Source of the DNA: Octopus sinensis
Lineage: Eukaryota
NCBI RefSeq assembly: GCF_006345805.1
Contig: NC_043000.1
Span: forward strand, 42,284,001 to 42,348,000
Direction of reading: 5' to 3'
DNA length: 64,000 nucleotides
In this document: in pieces, positions 38,291 to 53,013 of the stretch
Layout of the letters: each line of letters starts with the position of its first letter
Position numbering within the stretch: position 1 is the stretch's first letter
Translations under genes and position numbers: made by a program
Notes under the pieces: model-generated
Told to the model about the DNA's origin: nothing
What the model saw: only the letters and a program-made list of their open reading frames with translations
Database searches by the model: none

Positions 38291-38664
38291 TGGGTTCGTT
38301 CAGAGTTGCCTCTCTTAGGTACATCTCATTGACAAGAGTCAAAAAACTCAAACCATCGATGTCTGAGATTCCTAACAGATGGCGACACTGAATGAACTCG
38401 GTGTTTACACACCTTTTTACCAGTGTATTTGCCTTTTAGCAGTTGAAATCTGCAACAAACATATTTCAACTAATCTAAATTTTGCATATACATACATACA
38501 CACATACATACATACATACATACATACATACATACATACATACATACATACATACATACATACATACATACATACATACATACAAAAATACATACATATA
38601 TTATACAGAATCAGATAACAAAGCCAATGCTGTGAGGAGTTTTCATGACATTTATAATGAAATA

Positions 38665-38712
38665 GTCTTACAGCTGTTTCTGGGATATTATGGCTATCCC
38701 TTCATCAGAGAC
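38665..38712 (-). ncRNA. Type I hammerhead ribozyme within a Penelope-like fragment (~38600-39070)
   Basis: gtct CUGAUGA a GGGAUA gccauaa UAUCCC a GAAAC AGCU GUA agac. Confidence 0.75.
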
Positions 38713-39187
38713 GATGTGAGAAAATATTTGAGTTCGAATTATTGTGGAAAACGCGGAGATAGGGAATATAGAGCGAAATAAGAGAATGAAAGAAGAAATA
38801 AGATATATAAAGATGTTGTAGTTGCAGTTCCATTTTTCGAGGAAAATAATGTATAGAAGTGGTAAAAAAGTTTCCTGTACGTTGTATGTAAGTTCCAATA
38901 GCAGTTCATGTTTAGTCACGTACTGAGAAAAGCGTTGTTGCTGTGAATTTTCTTTCCTTTTTCCCCTTTATTTTCTTTGTTTACTTTTTAGTTTATATAT
39001 TTTCCGTTTTCTCTCCATCTTTCTTCCTCTGTTTCTCTATCACACGACTTTGTGAATGAACAATTTAGTATGATTATTTTAATGGCCTACCAATATATAC
39101 AGTGCGTTTCTCTGTCCTAGGTGTCAGGAAGACACTCGACAAGAAAATAATAATAATAATAATAATAATAACAACAACAACAACAAC

Positions 39188-39261
<74 letters not shown>

Positions 39262-39262
<1 letters not shown>

Positions 39263-39816
39263 TGCCCTGATGCAGTACCAGGCAGTGGCTCTCGTGGCTT
39301 CTGATCTTAACTGATTGGAAGTGTTATCATGTACATTGTTTTGTCTTGGTATAAAAGATGGGCTACAGCAAATATTCTAATCAATACCACAGATTTGTTT
39401 GTCAGTTGTTTGACCATAACCAGTTGACCGTGTCCCTTAGTGGCTGACGATATGTGCATCGCTGATCACGAGCAGAAGTAATGGGGGAGCATCATAGCCA
39501 TGTGTTGAGAGGGATTCTTGGGGTTTGCATAATTCACCTCGGGAAACATGGGTGTTTTGTTCAACATCCTTAAACAACCCTTCTTCAGGGACCTTTTGAG
39601 CGGGATGGGTTACTCGACCAGAAGAAAATTCTAAGTGCGCCCCACCTGCAAAGTCATGTGCAATTTATCTTGATATGAGATCACCATGTCGCGCAGATAT
39701 GGTTGTGATGCATGTGTCTAGTGTACCCTTATCAGACGGGTAGTCATGATGGGTATACTGGGCTTCGTATATTATACCCCAGTGTTACTTTGATGGCATG
39801 CACTGCTCTCTCACTC
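39262..39816. mobile_element. ~555-bp non-coding insertion with (AAT)n on both sides
   Basis: Sharp boundaries into AAT tracts at 39150-39261 and 39817-39860; no ORF, TIR or tRNA head recognised. Confidence 0.55.
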
Positions 39817-39848
<32 letters not shown>

Positions 39849-40503
39849 TAATAATAATAATTGCTAAATGGTTTCGTAATTATTGAATTGCATAGTTTTC
39901 AGGTAAAGACGAAACTGTTGTCAGAAGAGCAAAAGAAAGGCAGAAAGAAATGAAGAGCAATTGCTGCTATATCGTATATTGATCGACTATTCCAAGTGAA
40001 GTATTGATTAGATTGCGATAATAAGTGAAGCTTTGAAGCGATTACAAAAAGAAAAGAAGTAAAAAAAAAAAAGCGGATGGATATTGGGGTGTCTTAAGGC
40101 CTTTGGGGTTTATCAGAAGATTCAAATTTATGTTTTTTTTATTTTAAAATAGCTAACGATTTTGTTGAAAAACTGCACTCATCTGCTTACGGTTGGATTG
40201 CACGCATGCACTGCTGTCCAGAAGCAACGAATGAATGGGAAAGGCATTGAAGAAATGGTCGTGACAGAATAGCAATAATGATGGAAACTTGCCGTTCAAT
40301 AAACTATGGAAGTTCTAACGTAAATTCAACGAGAAATATATTGGCGGAAGGCAATTTTCAAACCTGAAGAATGTTGGTATCTCATTAATTTTGTGAAGGA
40401 ACTTAGAATGGAAACTGTCAATCCAATGTTTATAAAGTTTATTCTCTCCCTCACCTTCTCTCCCTCTCTCTTTCTTCTCACCTCCTCTCTCTCTGAATAG
40501 ATT

Positions 40504-40504
<1 letters not shown>

Positions 40505-40596
<92 letters not shown>

Positions 40597-40597
40597 G

Positions 40598-40650
<53 letters not shown>

Positions 40651-40655
40651 GTCTG

Positions 40656-40730
<75 letters not shown>

Positions 40731-40735
40731 GTCTG

Positions 40736-40775
<40 letters not shown>

Positions 40776-40796
40776 CTATCTATCTATCTATCTATC

Positions 40797-40828
<32 letters not shown>

Positions 40829-40865
40829 GTCTGTCTATCTATCTATCTCTATCTATCTATCTATA

Positions 40866-40906
<41 letters not shown>

Positions 40907-40911
40907 GTCTG

Positions 40912-40965
<54 letters not shown>
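40505..40965. repeat. (TCTA)n microsatellite
   Basis: Direct reading. Confidence 0.95.
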
Positions 40966-40966
<1 letters not shown>

Positions 40967-41092
40967 GTCTTACTATTGTTTGTCTGTCTGTCTCTATGTC
41001 TGTCTACATCTATGCATGTATATGTGTATGTATATATATGAAAAGCAAATGCAAATAATGCTTAAGTACATATATGTATGTGTATATATATA

Positions 41093-41131
<39 letters not shown>

Positions 41132-42071
41132 TGTATGTATATATATATATATAATATATATGTAAATATCTATGTATGTGTATATGTTTGTGTGGGTTCG
41201 TGTGTGAGTGCGTGCATACGTATGCCGACCTCTCACTCTCTTAGATCATCATATGTTCTACATCAAAGTAAAAATACGATTACACTCACAACCGCACACA
41301 AAGAGACACCAGAGTAAATGGATTTCCATCAGTTTCAATGAAAGATATTGCAATTTGTTTCACTAACTGAACTACTCTACTCATTTAATTAGCGTGCGAT
41401 TAGCTCAATGTTCAACAGAAGCATTTAGGTTTAATATAATCCCGAGGCTGAATCAGTGTGACTCAATATATAACAGAGCTGACCCTTTTATTCGTAAGTA
41501 CAGCCATTAAAACGCGTTACATACAATTGCCGCACACTGGGTCTCCCTTAAAAGGGTTGGTTCAGCTCGAAACCTCATGATCGAGTGTACACTACATACA
41601 CACATACATACATACATACACTACATACGTGTACGCTACATACGTGTACACTACGTACATACATACCCACACATACATACATACATACATACATACATAC
41701 ATAGATAAATACATACATACATACATACATACATACATACATACATACATACATACACAGACTCTCACACACACTTGCCTAGTGTCTTTCTCACTCACAC
41801 ACACTCAACGCCACTCACACACACGAATATATATAGCGTAAAAATGCAAGTGTCAAATTCAACATATATATATATATATACATACGCACCTGTGTGTGTG
41901 TATGCGCGTGTGTGTGTAAATGCATGTGTGTGCATATATATGAATGTATTTATGTATCTATTATGTAACTATGTATGTATACATTACACGTACGTATATG
42001 TGTGGGCACATACACACACAGACGCACACATATATAAGAGCATAAACATTTACACACATATACATACACGC

Positions 42072-42143
<72 letters not shown>

Positions 42144-42662
42144 TTGTTTGATACATTTCACACATATTGGAATGGGTTGCACGTATATGCATCAGTGTTA
42201 TGGATTAAAGGATAGATTATTAACTAATTCGAAGGAAGTGAAAGAAAACCTAACTACCGAGGAAAAAGAAGAAGGAAGCTTACGCCTCGAGGCCGAAATA
42301 TCTATTGTCTCTTGATCGATGACATCTTTCTCATTTGAATACTCTCGGTTGCATCAGGGTTAATACTATTGAAAAATGTCCTTAATCTATTTGCACATAA
42401 TTTCCTTAGCAGTTCAAAACTAAAATCATTTGCTTGCTTGTATTGTGTTGCACCATGTATAATATAGCATGTAGTTTTGTATTGTATTTCATGGTATTGT
42501 ATTCTATAGCGTAAAAGAGAATTGTATTGATGTCGTGCTAAGAACGATAGCTGAATGACAGAACGGATAAAGCTATACGTTGATTGGTTCTTATGCTTTT
42601 CAAACATACTCTTCCTCGATCTTTTCTTTCTCCGCTATGTACTTTCATTATATAAAAATGTC

Positions 42663-42737
<75 letters not shown>

Positions 42738-42876
42738 CACACACACATATATATATATATATATACATACATATATATATATATGTATATTTATATGCAA
42801 ATATATGTATAAATATGTATGTATGCATATATATATATATATATGCATATATATATATTATATATATATATATATA

Positions 42877-42925
<49 letters not shown>

Positions 42926-43116
42926 AGCATATGTGTATATAAAAATATATATTTACATGTGTGTGTGTGTGTATGCGTGTATGTATATGTATACGCATGT
43001 GTATATAAACCGACATATACATGTTTTCATTCCCACTGCTCATTGGTAAATGTGCGAAGATTCTATACCACATACATACGTACATACATATGTGCGTGCA
43101 TCTATAAGCATATATA

Positions 43117-44340
43117 AAAGAAAAATAAAACAAGGAAGAAAATGTTAAAATAATTCTATCATGAAGAATATTTTTGTACCGGTTTCAGTCTTTGCGACTT
43201 TTTCAACTTAGAGTAAAGCATGAAAGACAATTAAATTGTGGAAAAATTAAATTAAAAGTTTAAAAAAAACATTTCCATAGATTTCATGTGCAGGGGACAT
43301 TTTCTTTTTTTCTGTCTGTCTCTGTATCTCTCTTTTACTCATGTGAGTTCTTGGAATTAGGTAGTAGTAGTCCTAATATTTGACATGAATTCTTGGTTTT
43401 GATTGTTTAAGCAGCAGTAGTAGTTGTGAAAGGAGGTGGCAGCGAAGAAGAAGAAGAAGAAGAAGAAGAAGAAGAAGAAGAAGAAGAAGAAGAAGAAGAA
43501 GAAGAAAAGAAGAAGAAGAAGAAGAAGAAGAAGAAGAAGAAGAAGAAGAAGAAGAAGAAGAAGAAGAAGAAGAAAATGTGGGAGTGGTAGGACAGTAGTA
43601 GGATGTCTTAAATGGTCAAGTGACCCAAAATTGACCCGTTGTGGTTGTAACAATAGTGTTTGGAATTGTTCTGAATAAATTCATGGGTATTGACTGTTCT
43701 GAATATATCGTCCTTAATATTTACCTGGTTATTATTCTAGACCCTTGTAATAGTGTCATTTGTGGTGGACGCATACAAAAGGGATTTATATTTTGTGATA
43801 ATGTATGACTCTTTACTAAAACGCTGACTACAGGTTGCATCCTCCCTGAATTGATAGATGGGAGAAATTCTGAAGCTGGGTTGATTGTTATTTGCGCAAA
43901 TCTTGATGTGTTCGCTGAAGGCTATCTTTCTCTATTTCCGAATTTTGATCAGGGATCTATGTAGACTGTTTTTAGTGTGGCCTATGCATAGCTCTCAACA
44001 TCCAGAGTAAGTAAACCAGGTTCTTCTTTCTCAACTAATACTGCTGCTTATACAACCAAAACCAAGAAATCATATCAAATAATAGGACTACTACTACCTA
44101 CTACCAAGAACTCATATGAGTAAAAAAAGGCTGACGGAGAAAGACAGAAAAAAGGAAAATGTGCCTTTCATTTGAAAACTATGGAAATATTTTAAAAATC
44201 TTTTCATATAATTTTTCCACAATTTAATAGTTTTTCGTGCTTTACTCCAAGTTGAAAAAGTCGCAAAGTCTGAAACCGGTGCAAAAATATTCTTTATGAT
44301 AAAATTATTTTACCATTTTCTACTTTGTCTTATTTTCCTT
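43117..44340 (-). mobile_element. Penelope-like element remnant: GIY-YIG fragment between inverted ~310-bp pLTR arms
   Basis: Arms 43117-43432 and 44025-44340 are imperfect reverse complements. Minus frames 44025-43775 give KNLVY..CIGHTKNSLHR..FSEHIKIC..SKESYIITKYKSLL. HHR-like motifs at ~43175-43210 and ~44248-44283; (GAA)n at 43443-43575. Confidence 0.8.
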
Positions 44341-44375
44341 GTACCTATCAACTCGTGTATTCCTTTTCAATCTTC

Positions 44376-44426
<51 letters not shown>

Positions 44427-44480
44427 ACACATAATACAGACACACACACATATATAAATATATATATAGATATATTTATT

Positions 44481-44517
<37 letters not shown>

Positions 44518-45155
44518 CTGCGTATACATTTATATAGACACATATGTAAGTCTCTGTCTATATATGCATACCTTTGTGATCTATGATCTTCGACATTGAA
44601 TTCAAGTTAATCACCATCGAAGTGAGAAGGTTTCATTGTTTGAGTCAAGAAAGTTGGAAGGATTTGTTAGAATGTAAATGCGAGTTATGTGGGTGTATGT
44701 GTAAATATACTTGCACCCATTAAATGGGTATAATTTATATATGTGAATATGTGTAGTATGTGTAGATATGTGATTTGTATATTTTCATTCTATGAAATTC
44801 AAATGGAGAATTTTTAGAATATTTTACGAATCTCCATTTCTCGATTAATCAAATGGATTTTTGAAGACGTGTGTCTGTTTATCTTGTTCTTTCTCGGCAA
44901 ACATTCGGCGTCTCGAGACTATTATGTAATAATGTCGTTATGCACACCATTGTTACTATCACTATATTTGTCCTTTATTTCAACAACTTTAGAGAACATA
45001 TTGAGATCTGCGAGGCAACTGACCTCTACGACAGTGCATTCCCTCTTTTCTTTAGAACAGCGTGATAAAGATTTAGAAAGTATTTTGATCAAATTTGAAC
45101 GGGATCTCAGAAAAGAATCTGTACCTATGTCGACACTTATATGTATATGTATATG

Positions 45156-45203
<48 letters not shown>

Positions 45204-45206
45204 TGT

Positions 45207-45505
45207 GTGGAGGCGCAATGGCCCAATGGTTAGGGCAGCGGACTCGCGGTCGTAGGATCACGGCTTCGTTTCCCAGACCGGGCATTGTGAGTGTTTATTG
45301 AGCGAAAACACCTAAAGCTCCACGAGGCTCCGGCAGGGGGTGGTGATCCCTGCTGTACTCTTTCACCACAACGTTCTCTCACTCTTTCTTCTGTTGGCCT
45401 GCTCGCTTAGCCAGCGGGGTGGCGTCATTCGAAGGCTAAAACAATGCGAATGCATTGTGACCAGCGATGTGTAGCAACATCTGATGGTCTGGTCGGTCAC
45501 GTGAT

Positions 45506-45512
<7 letters not shown>
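45207..45512 (+). mobile_element. SINE family C
   Basis: tRNA head tggcccaatggttagggcagcgg...; 3' end gtcacgtgatcacgtga followed by (TA)n. Confidence 0.85.
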
Positions 45513-45554
<42 letters not shown>

Positions 45555-45557
<3 letters not shown>

Positions 45558-45900
45558 ACTGGAAGCTTTATGAAAATAGACAAAAGACGAAGGCAGGTGG
45601 AAAACAAACAAACAATTGTATTAGTATGGCGCTCAGGAAATATAAATAAAACAAGTCTTTAACGTTTCGAGCCTACGCTCTTCAACAGAAAGATACACAG
45701 AGAAAAAAAACACAGAAAGAAGGAGAGAAAAAAAATGCGTGCAGTAACTAACGAACCAACATGGCGATCTGATTTCGGCCAGAAGTCAAAGATCAAACAT
45801 GAGACACGAGAGCGAAATTAGGGGAGATAATAGGGTTGAGTGACCAGCTCCAACATAAGGGTGTGTGTGTGTGTGTATGAGAGAGTATTAGTGCGTATGA
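45555..45900 (-). mobile_element. Short hammerhead-bearing Penelope-like repeat, copy 2 (HHR at 45656-45693)
   Basis: tcttt CUGUUGA a GAGC guag GCUC GAAAC GUU aaaga. Confidence 0.75.
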
Positions 45901-46130
45901 GAGGTCTGGACGTGTGTATGTATAGGGTTGGTGTATGTATTAGTATGTATTAGTATGTATAAGGGTGTGCGTGTGTGTATATGAGAGAGTATTAGTGCGT
46001 ATGAGAGGTCTGGACGTGTGTATGTATAGGGTTGGTGTATGTATTAGTATGTATTAGTATGTATTAGTACGTATTAGTATGTATAAGGGTGTGTGTGTGT
46101 GTGTGTGTGTATGAGAGAGTATTAGTGCGT
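45858..46130 (+). repeat. ~2.5 copies of a ~105-125-bp minisatellite
   Basis: aagggtgtg...atgagagagtattagtgcgtatgagaggtctggacgtg...(tattagtatg)n repeated. Confidence 0.85.
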
Positions 46131-47574
46131 ATGGGTTTGTATAAATCTTTTGTGGCAAGTAAAGGCGACGGCACTGACATGACCATGTTTCGGTTTTATT
46201 TTAGGCCCCTCAGTGAAGCATAGATTTGATCTTGTTTTCCGGAGTAGCCTGTTTGTAAATATGAATCGGTTTGGATAATGAAAACAATTCACCCACGCAT
46301 TTCTTGACCGTAGGCACATGCGTAAATCTGTGTGTGATAGCATGTACGTTGGTGCATATATGTGTGTGTATTTATGTTTGTGTGTGTGTGTGTGTGAGTG
46401 AGTGCGCGTGTGTGTATTTCTGTGCTTAGGAAATAGTGCTTAGGGTTGATAATTTTTTATGAACTTCATTAGGAATAACCTTTACATTTCGATATAAAAT
46501 GCAATAGAAATGCGAAGATGAAGAGATGATAGTCACAATGAATATGTAAATGAATAAAAAAATAAGTAAATAGATTAAGTAAATAAATAAATGAAAAAAA
46601 ATAAATGTTATGCATTCAATGAGAATGACTGGAAGCTTCACGTGAATGATATAACAAGCCGTATAAAATACGTGCTCTCGGGAAAAATTATAAACTATTG
46701 TTCTTTCATTTTGTGGAGACATTCAGTCAAAAGAATATCACTGAATAAGGCATACGTACACAAATAAGAACACACACCAACAAAGAAGTCAGTTGAGCGG
46801 ATTCTCTGAGCCACATACTACATTACCCTCACATATGTACACACATATACATGTACACATTTACACCGTCTATCCTCACAAACACACATATACATATATA
46901 CGTATATATATATGTATGTATATATACGTCCACACTCGTAGACACACACACACAGAAAGTACATACACACATACAGGCACTCACTGATGCTGAGTTACGC
47001 ATGTATCAAAATATGTTACGTAATTAAGCTATAGTTTCGATATGGCTACATGGATATCTATGAATTTATTACTAGGCAGAATTGTATTGCCAAGTATTTA
47101 TATACGTCTATGCACACTTACAACACACTTTTATGATATGAATGTGTACATTAATGTATATACATTCATATAAACGCACACATATAGGAAATTCTAAATC
47201 TCTTCCTAATTCTCTGTGTCTCAATATTTGCTGGTATCTATGACTATGCATGCATGTACTATACAGGCATGGAAGAATGTATGTATGCATATATGGATGT
47301 GTTTATAGATATATATAGCTATATAAGTGTTTACGTATACATGCGTGAGCATATGTATTCATGTATTATGTAAGTTAGTTTGAGTGTGTGTGTGTGTGTG
47401 CATATCCGTGAGTATACGTGTGTGTGTGTGTGTTTATATATATATATATATATATATATTATGCATATATAGTATTTCTATTTATATAATATTGCTGCTA
47501 TGCGTATTCTTATGAACACAAACACAAACACATACATAACCACACACTTCTTATCTGTCTTTCTGTGTGTCTCA

Positions 47575-47607
<33 letters not shown>

Positions 47608-49125
47608 AGTCACTGTTTCTGTCTTTCTCCCTCACAATCTCACAAACATGCACATACACTTTCACACTTATCTACATCCTCACATATATTCCTAGTTATT
47701 CTTGTTTGGCAAGTGACGATCTGAAATCATGTGTTAAAACTGAAACAATGACGTTGTTGAAAAGTCATAAAGTCACGATAGAAGTAAATCTAACACACGC
47801 TGTTACATTCACTTCAGTCCAAAGCTACAATAGTATTATTATGTACAATGTGTCAAAAGATTTCTTCGTATGCTTATCACCTTGCTACTGACACTATGCA
47901 ACTGTATCCATTGTGTTTGCGGCTGACGACGCTCAGTTTGAACATCAGCACGTAAATGTCTGCAAGAACAACATGGGTGAAGAGAGAACCTGCAGTTTTT
48001 GCTTTCTTTATCTTTCCTTCAAAAAGAAAAAGCAAAGCTCATGACACGTTACAGGACCTCCGAGATTGGTGGTATGGAAAGTAAATATCTGTTAACTGGA
48101 AACCCCGGCTGAATGCTTACAAGAGAACGGATTCTGCCAAAAACCCTAGTGGTCACTTGGTGGTGTTAACCCAGGAAAAAACCTGAATTCTGTTTACGTT
48201 TCCAAAGAAGACGATGCTAGTGTTAAACTAACAGCGCATTAGGCCTACATCCTGCTGCACCACCCAAAAATCCTTCACAAAAATATAAATCAGTGTGAGT
48301 GCTTTGCAACTGGTATAATAATATATCATAAAGTCTACCTAGTAATTCACTGAAAATTAGAAAATGTTTACTTAGTTTTGTTTTAAAATGTGACAACTGG
48401 AATAACGTAATTCTGACCTAGTTTGATTCCATTCTCCCAAACGCACATTAATCTTTCCAATATTCGGTGTTACAACCCTGCAACCAAGAGGGTGGAGGAA
48501 CAGTTTGCTAGTGGAAGGTTGCAGCCGATCGGCGACTGAAATGTCTTTCGAATAGTAACTTAAGCGATTAAATTCTTCCAGGCTCGATATTGTCTGATAC
48601 CATTCGTCCAGTGATGATAAAATAACTAATAATAATAATATATATATTACAGTGCCTCCTACTCACAAACATAGATCCAATTCAGTTGTCTACATTATCT
48701 AAAATTTTTCTTATCTGATTTTATTAGAGTTATCACCCTTGCTTTTTTGTTTGTTTAAAAATTTTAGATGCACCTAGAAAGTGTTATCTACTAATTTTCA
48801 TCCGTTGATAGAAGTTTATCAAATCACTACATTACATCTGCGAGGTCTTACTGTATTTATACTTAGTATGCACAGCGCTCTTCGTGGTATTTCTCTTCGC
48901 CATAAAATTGGATCTGAAACTTGATGCGGAATTAACGATTTTCTGCAGAAGCGTTTGTTGTTAGCTTCTGATCAGCCCTAATCTAATTTATATTCGTTCA
49001 GAATCATTCCAGTCATGCCTCTCTTGTCTTTTATTCAAGCACTTTATATTCAGAGGTAAAAATTAAGTTTTGAAGATAATGCATTGCGATATAAAGGGTT
49101 TTTGCCTGTTATATCTAGCATGCTG

Positions 49126-49275
49126 GTGAAGGTGTGCGGCTTAGTGATTAGGGTAATGGTTTCTGGATTATAAAGACGTGGACCGAGTGGTACACTGTGT
49201 CTTTGAGCAAGGCGATTCATATCCTGTGACTTTAGTTCACTCAGTTGAAAATGTGTACCAGTCAACTGCTATTGC
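49126..49275 (+). mobile_element. SINE family D, degenerate
   Basis: gtgaaggtgtgcggcttagtgattagg...tctttgagcaagg...cactcagttg. Confidence 0.65.
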
Positions 49276-50005
49276 AGCCATTTCTCTCACCAGCTCTCAC
49301 AACCTCAGTAACATCAAGAAAGCGTCTATGTGAAAGCATAGAACCCGCTACCAGGGCATATTCACTTGCGAGTGTCGGTTATGGTCTTCTGTTTATTTCT
49401 TTGTCTATCATGTTGCAAGTTGGCTTTTGTTAATTTCTCAGGTCAGTCGTGACTGAGTAAACATATGACCACAAAGGATTCAAACAATGAGTTTCCGGTG
49501 TTTCTATGGCTACATTATCTAATATATCCTACCTTTAAGAATAAGTGTAAAATGAGGAAATCTGACGGCTTTTCCCGAAGGTCTAGCGACTGTGTGAAGC
49601 TCCCTGCTTTTAATCTAGTAAATTCGCTTGAAATGTACCCGCTAGCGTGCTAGATGCTCCGTTGTTGGTTCATAGAATTTCCTTTCTTGATTCCTTAGCG
49701 TCTTTCTAATTCACTCGTATGCATTATAGAGACAAGTTTTATTAATGTACGATAACACTGAAAAAAGGAGGCACTTCTGTCTGGAGATGCGGCCGATAGA
49801 TAATAACAGTAGCTTGAAAAACCAAGGAAATATACTTGCCTTGTTTTATCCTTTTCTCAAATTACTGATACTATTGCTGGCTTAAAAACAACAATCATTA
49901 TCGCAAAGAACACTTGTAGATTAGTGAGATTGCAAGAAAACAATAGACGGTGATCTAAAAGCACTTCGCATTGCCAGAGACAATACTCCCCCAACTTTCA
50001 GCCTT

Positions 50006-50311
50006 CATGTGGTTCCCAAAGTAGCAGTATTACCCCCTGGGGGAGGTGGAAATTTCTGAGGGGGCATTGAAGAAAAGTGGGGCGATAATGGAGTAGCGAT
50101 TCATGTAAAAAGTGGGTCGATAATGTGGTAGCGATTCATGTAAAAACAACAAAATTATGGGTTCATTAGGTTAAGTTTTATTTGTGAAATACACTTGCTT
50201 TGAATTTGCTTCAGAAAGAGGTCTATGTTTGCGGTAGTTAGTTGGGGTGGTGTGCGAGGAATGTGGCCTGGGTATCAAGGGGCGGTAGCTCGAAAAGTTT
50301 GGCAACTACTG
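50006..50311. mobile_element. Possible hAT (Charlie-like) MITE
   Basis: Left gtggttcccaaa and right end (reverse complement) cagtagttgccaaac resemble the CAGTGGTTCCCAAA TIR; no matching 8-bp TSD found. Confidence 0.45.
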
Positions 50312-51035
50312 CTTTAGATCCTACAAAACCCAATATATTTTTAGTAAACCAGAGATCGTTAAACTGAGTACCTGTAGTATATCACGGTCTAGTGTATTGA
50401 TTATTCTCTAACTTGTGTAGTCTATCCTTAAGGCTTGTAAAAAGAAATTAATCTTGTATCTGATAATGATAAAATCTCACGATATAGATTTTAATATATC
50501 AATATACATTTCATAACGCGCGTGAATATATATAAATACACATACATATATATATACGTGTGTGAGAGTGTATATGTGTGTGTGTGTGTGTTTGTGTGCA
50601 CGTGTCTGTGTGTCTATATATGTAAACGGGTTGAGAATATTCAGGAGCTGTTGTTGGAAATAATACAACCGATCATCGTTGGCATTTTCCTGTGCAGCAG
50701 AGTACTATACAAACTTTTTTTTAATACTTTTTTGTTTTACATTAGTTCTATTTTTATATTCATCCTGTTATTTATTTATTTATTTTTATTCAAGCTAACC
50801 AAATATTCTTATTTTGTAATTTTCGGTTGGTTTTGCTGCTGTTGTCAGTTTTCAAATTAGCTTTTCTGCGTTATTTGTGGAACTCTCCCTTGATGTTTCT
50901 CGATTACATTATGTGCAGATGCCTGGCTGATAACGAAAAAGCTAAAGCAATAAGGATTCATTGTAGTCGTTGTCTCTGTATGTTTAGTTTGATGCATATA
51001 TAAACGCAGTATGTATGTATGTATGTATGCATGCA

Positions 51036-51071
<36 letters not shown>

Positions 51072-51168
51072 TGTATGCATGTATATATGTATGTATGTAT
51101 ATGTATGTAGGCCGGTAGGTAGAAAAGTAGGTATATGTATTATGTTTGTATATATGTAATATATATAT

Positions 51169-51272
<104 letters not shown>

Positions 51273-51368
51273 ATATACATATACATATACATACATACAT
51301 ACATATATATACATACATACATACATAATACACACATCATCATAATCGTTGATGATATATGTATGTAT

Positions 51369-51405
<37 letters not shown>

Positions 51406-51628
51406 GCAGAGAGATAGAGAGAGGGAAGGAGAAGGAAAGAGAGAAGGAGGGAGGGCGAGAAAGAGACAGAGAGACAGAAATAGTGAGAAAGTGCTACAAA
51501 TATGCATATATAACTATAATCATAAACATACACAGACAAACGTGAGTATAGCAATCTATCTAGTTGTTTATTATTCCTATCTCTCCCTCATCTTATATAT
51601 GTGTGTGTGTATGTATACATACACACAT

Positions 51629-51671
<43 letters not shown>

Positions 51672-51698
51672 CAGAGGAGAATTTTTAGAATGTTTTGT

Positions 51699-51777
<79 letters not shown>

Positions 51778-51881
51778 CATATCATTTTAATATAACTTAT
51801 ACTCTTACTACTGCTTCCGCTGCAATAGATGCTGCTGTTGCTGTTACTATCACCACCAACATTACTACTGCTGCTGCTACA

Positions 51882-51955
<74 letters not shown>

Positions 51956-52717
51956 AGTCATGTGTTCTGAGGATGTATTAATGGATTGCCACTGTGAATA
52001 AAATCAGAAATGGGTTTGAATCCATCTAAAGATCATGGAGATCGTAGTTTTCCTAAGAAATGGGAAAGAGCATTTCTTTAGTATTTCCATTCTAAATACA
52101 CGACAGAATGAATATCCTCTGTGATCTTCACCGAGTGTTGTTAGAGACTGGTTTTGAAGTGATTTCCTCTGCTAAGATTCTTGGTTTATTTAACAGCAAA
52201 TGGAATTTTTCTGTGTCGGACAAATGCAGTAGTTTGGATCTACAATCCCTAGGCAGTAATTATTTCATATACATACGTTGAAACATAAGCATACAGACAA
52301 ATACAAGATTTCCTTTTTTGCTGATTGTAGTACAACGAATTTGATTATATGCATCTTCTCTTCCTACTGCGGAATCTTTGATGCTTGCACATCCCAAATA
52401 ATCTCCCGGTTCAATTGTGGATTGTATTTTTTCATTAACAGAGCGGCAGCAACGAAGAAAATGATTGTGTATAGGGGAATAGTAAATCGGGACTACTACT
52501 ACCGAAGCTTATACATATTGTATGCTATCCAGCGCAAATGAAATATGTAAGGGGCGATATTTCATCGTCAAAGATTGTAGCAATAAAAACCACTGAGATC
52601 CAACGTCTATGACCCACATTAGAGGAAACGACACCCGCGCAAGGAAATATTACAGAGGAGTTCGGGTTGCGAAATTTTGTGAGAGGAAATAGATCCATTA
52701 CCAGGACTGACACAAGA

Positions 52718-53013
52718 GTGGAGGCACATGGTCTAGTGGTTAGAGCAGCGGACTCGCGGTCGAGGGATCGCGGGTTCGAATCTCAGACCGGGCGATGTGT
52801 GTGTTTATGAGCGAAACACCTAAGCTCCACGCAGCTCCGGCAGAAGGTGATGGCGAAACTTCTGCTGACTCTTTCGCCACAACTTTCTCTCATTCTTTCC
52901 TCCTGCATCTTGCAGCTCACCTGCGACGGACCGGCGTCCCGTCCAGGCGGGGAACCTATACGCCAAGAAACCAGGAAACCGGCCTTTATGAGCCAGGCAT
53001 GGCTCGAGAAGGA
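52718..53013 (+). mobile_element. Young tRNA-derived SINE (family C head, family D-like tail) with a 12-bp TSD
   Basis: TSD actgacacaaga at 52706-52717 and 53014-53025; clean A box tggtctagtgg and B box ggttcgaatc. Confidence 0.9.

Noticed and set aside
39262-39320. HDV-like ribozyme at the start of the AAT-flanked element
   Set aside because: Could not assemble P1/P2/P3/P1.1 by eye; needs a motif search.
43436-43678. Poly-Lys/Arg ORF
   Set aside because: (GAA)n microsatellite.
47870-47955. Possible minus-strand exon IYVLMFKLSVVSRKHNGYSCIVSVA with cag/gt borders
   Set aside because: Short, no recognisable homology, and such splice-like borders arise by chance.
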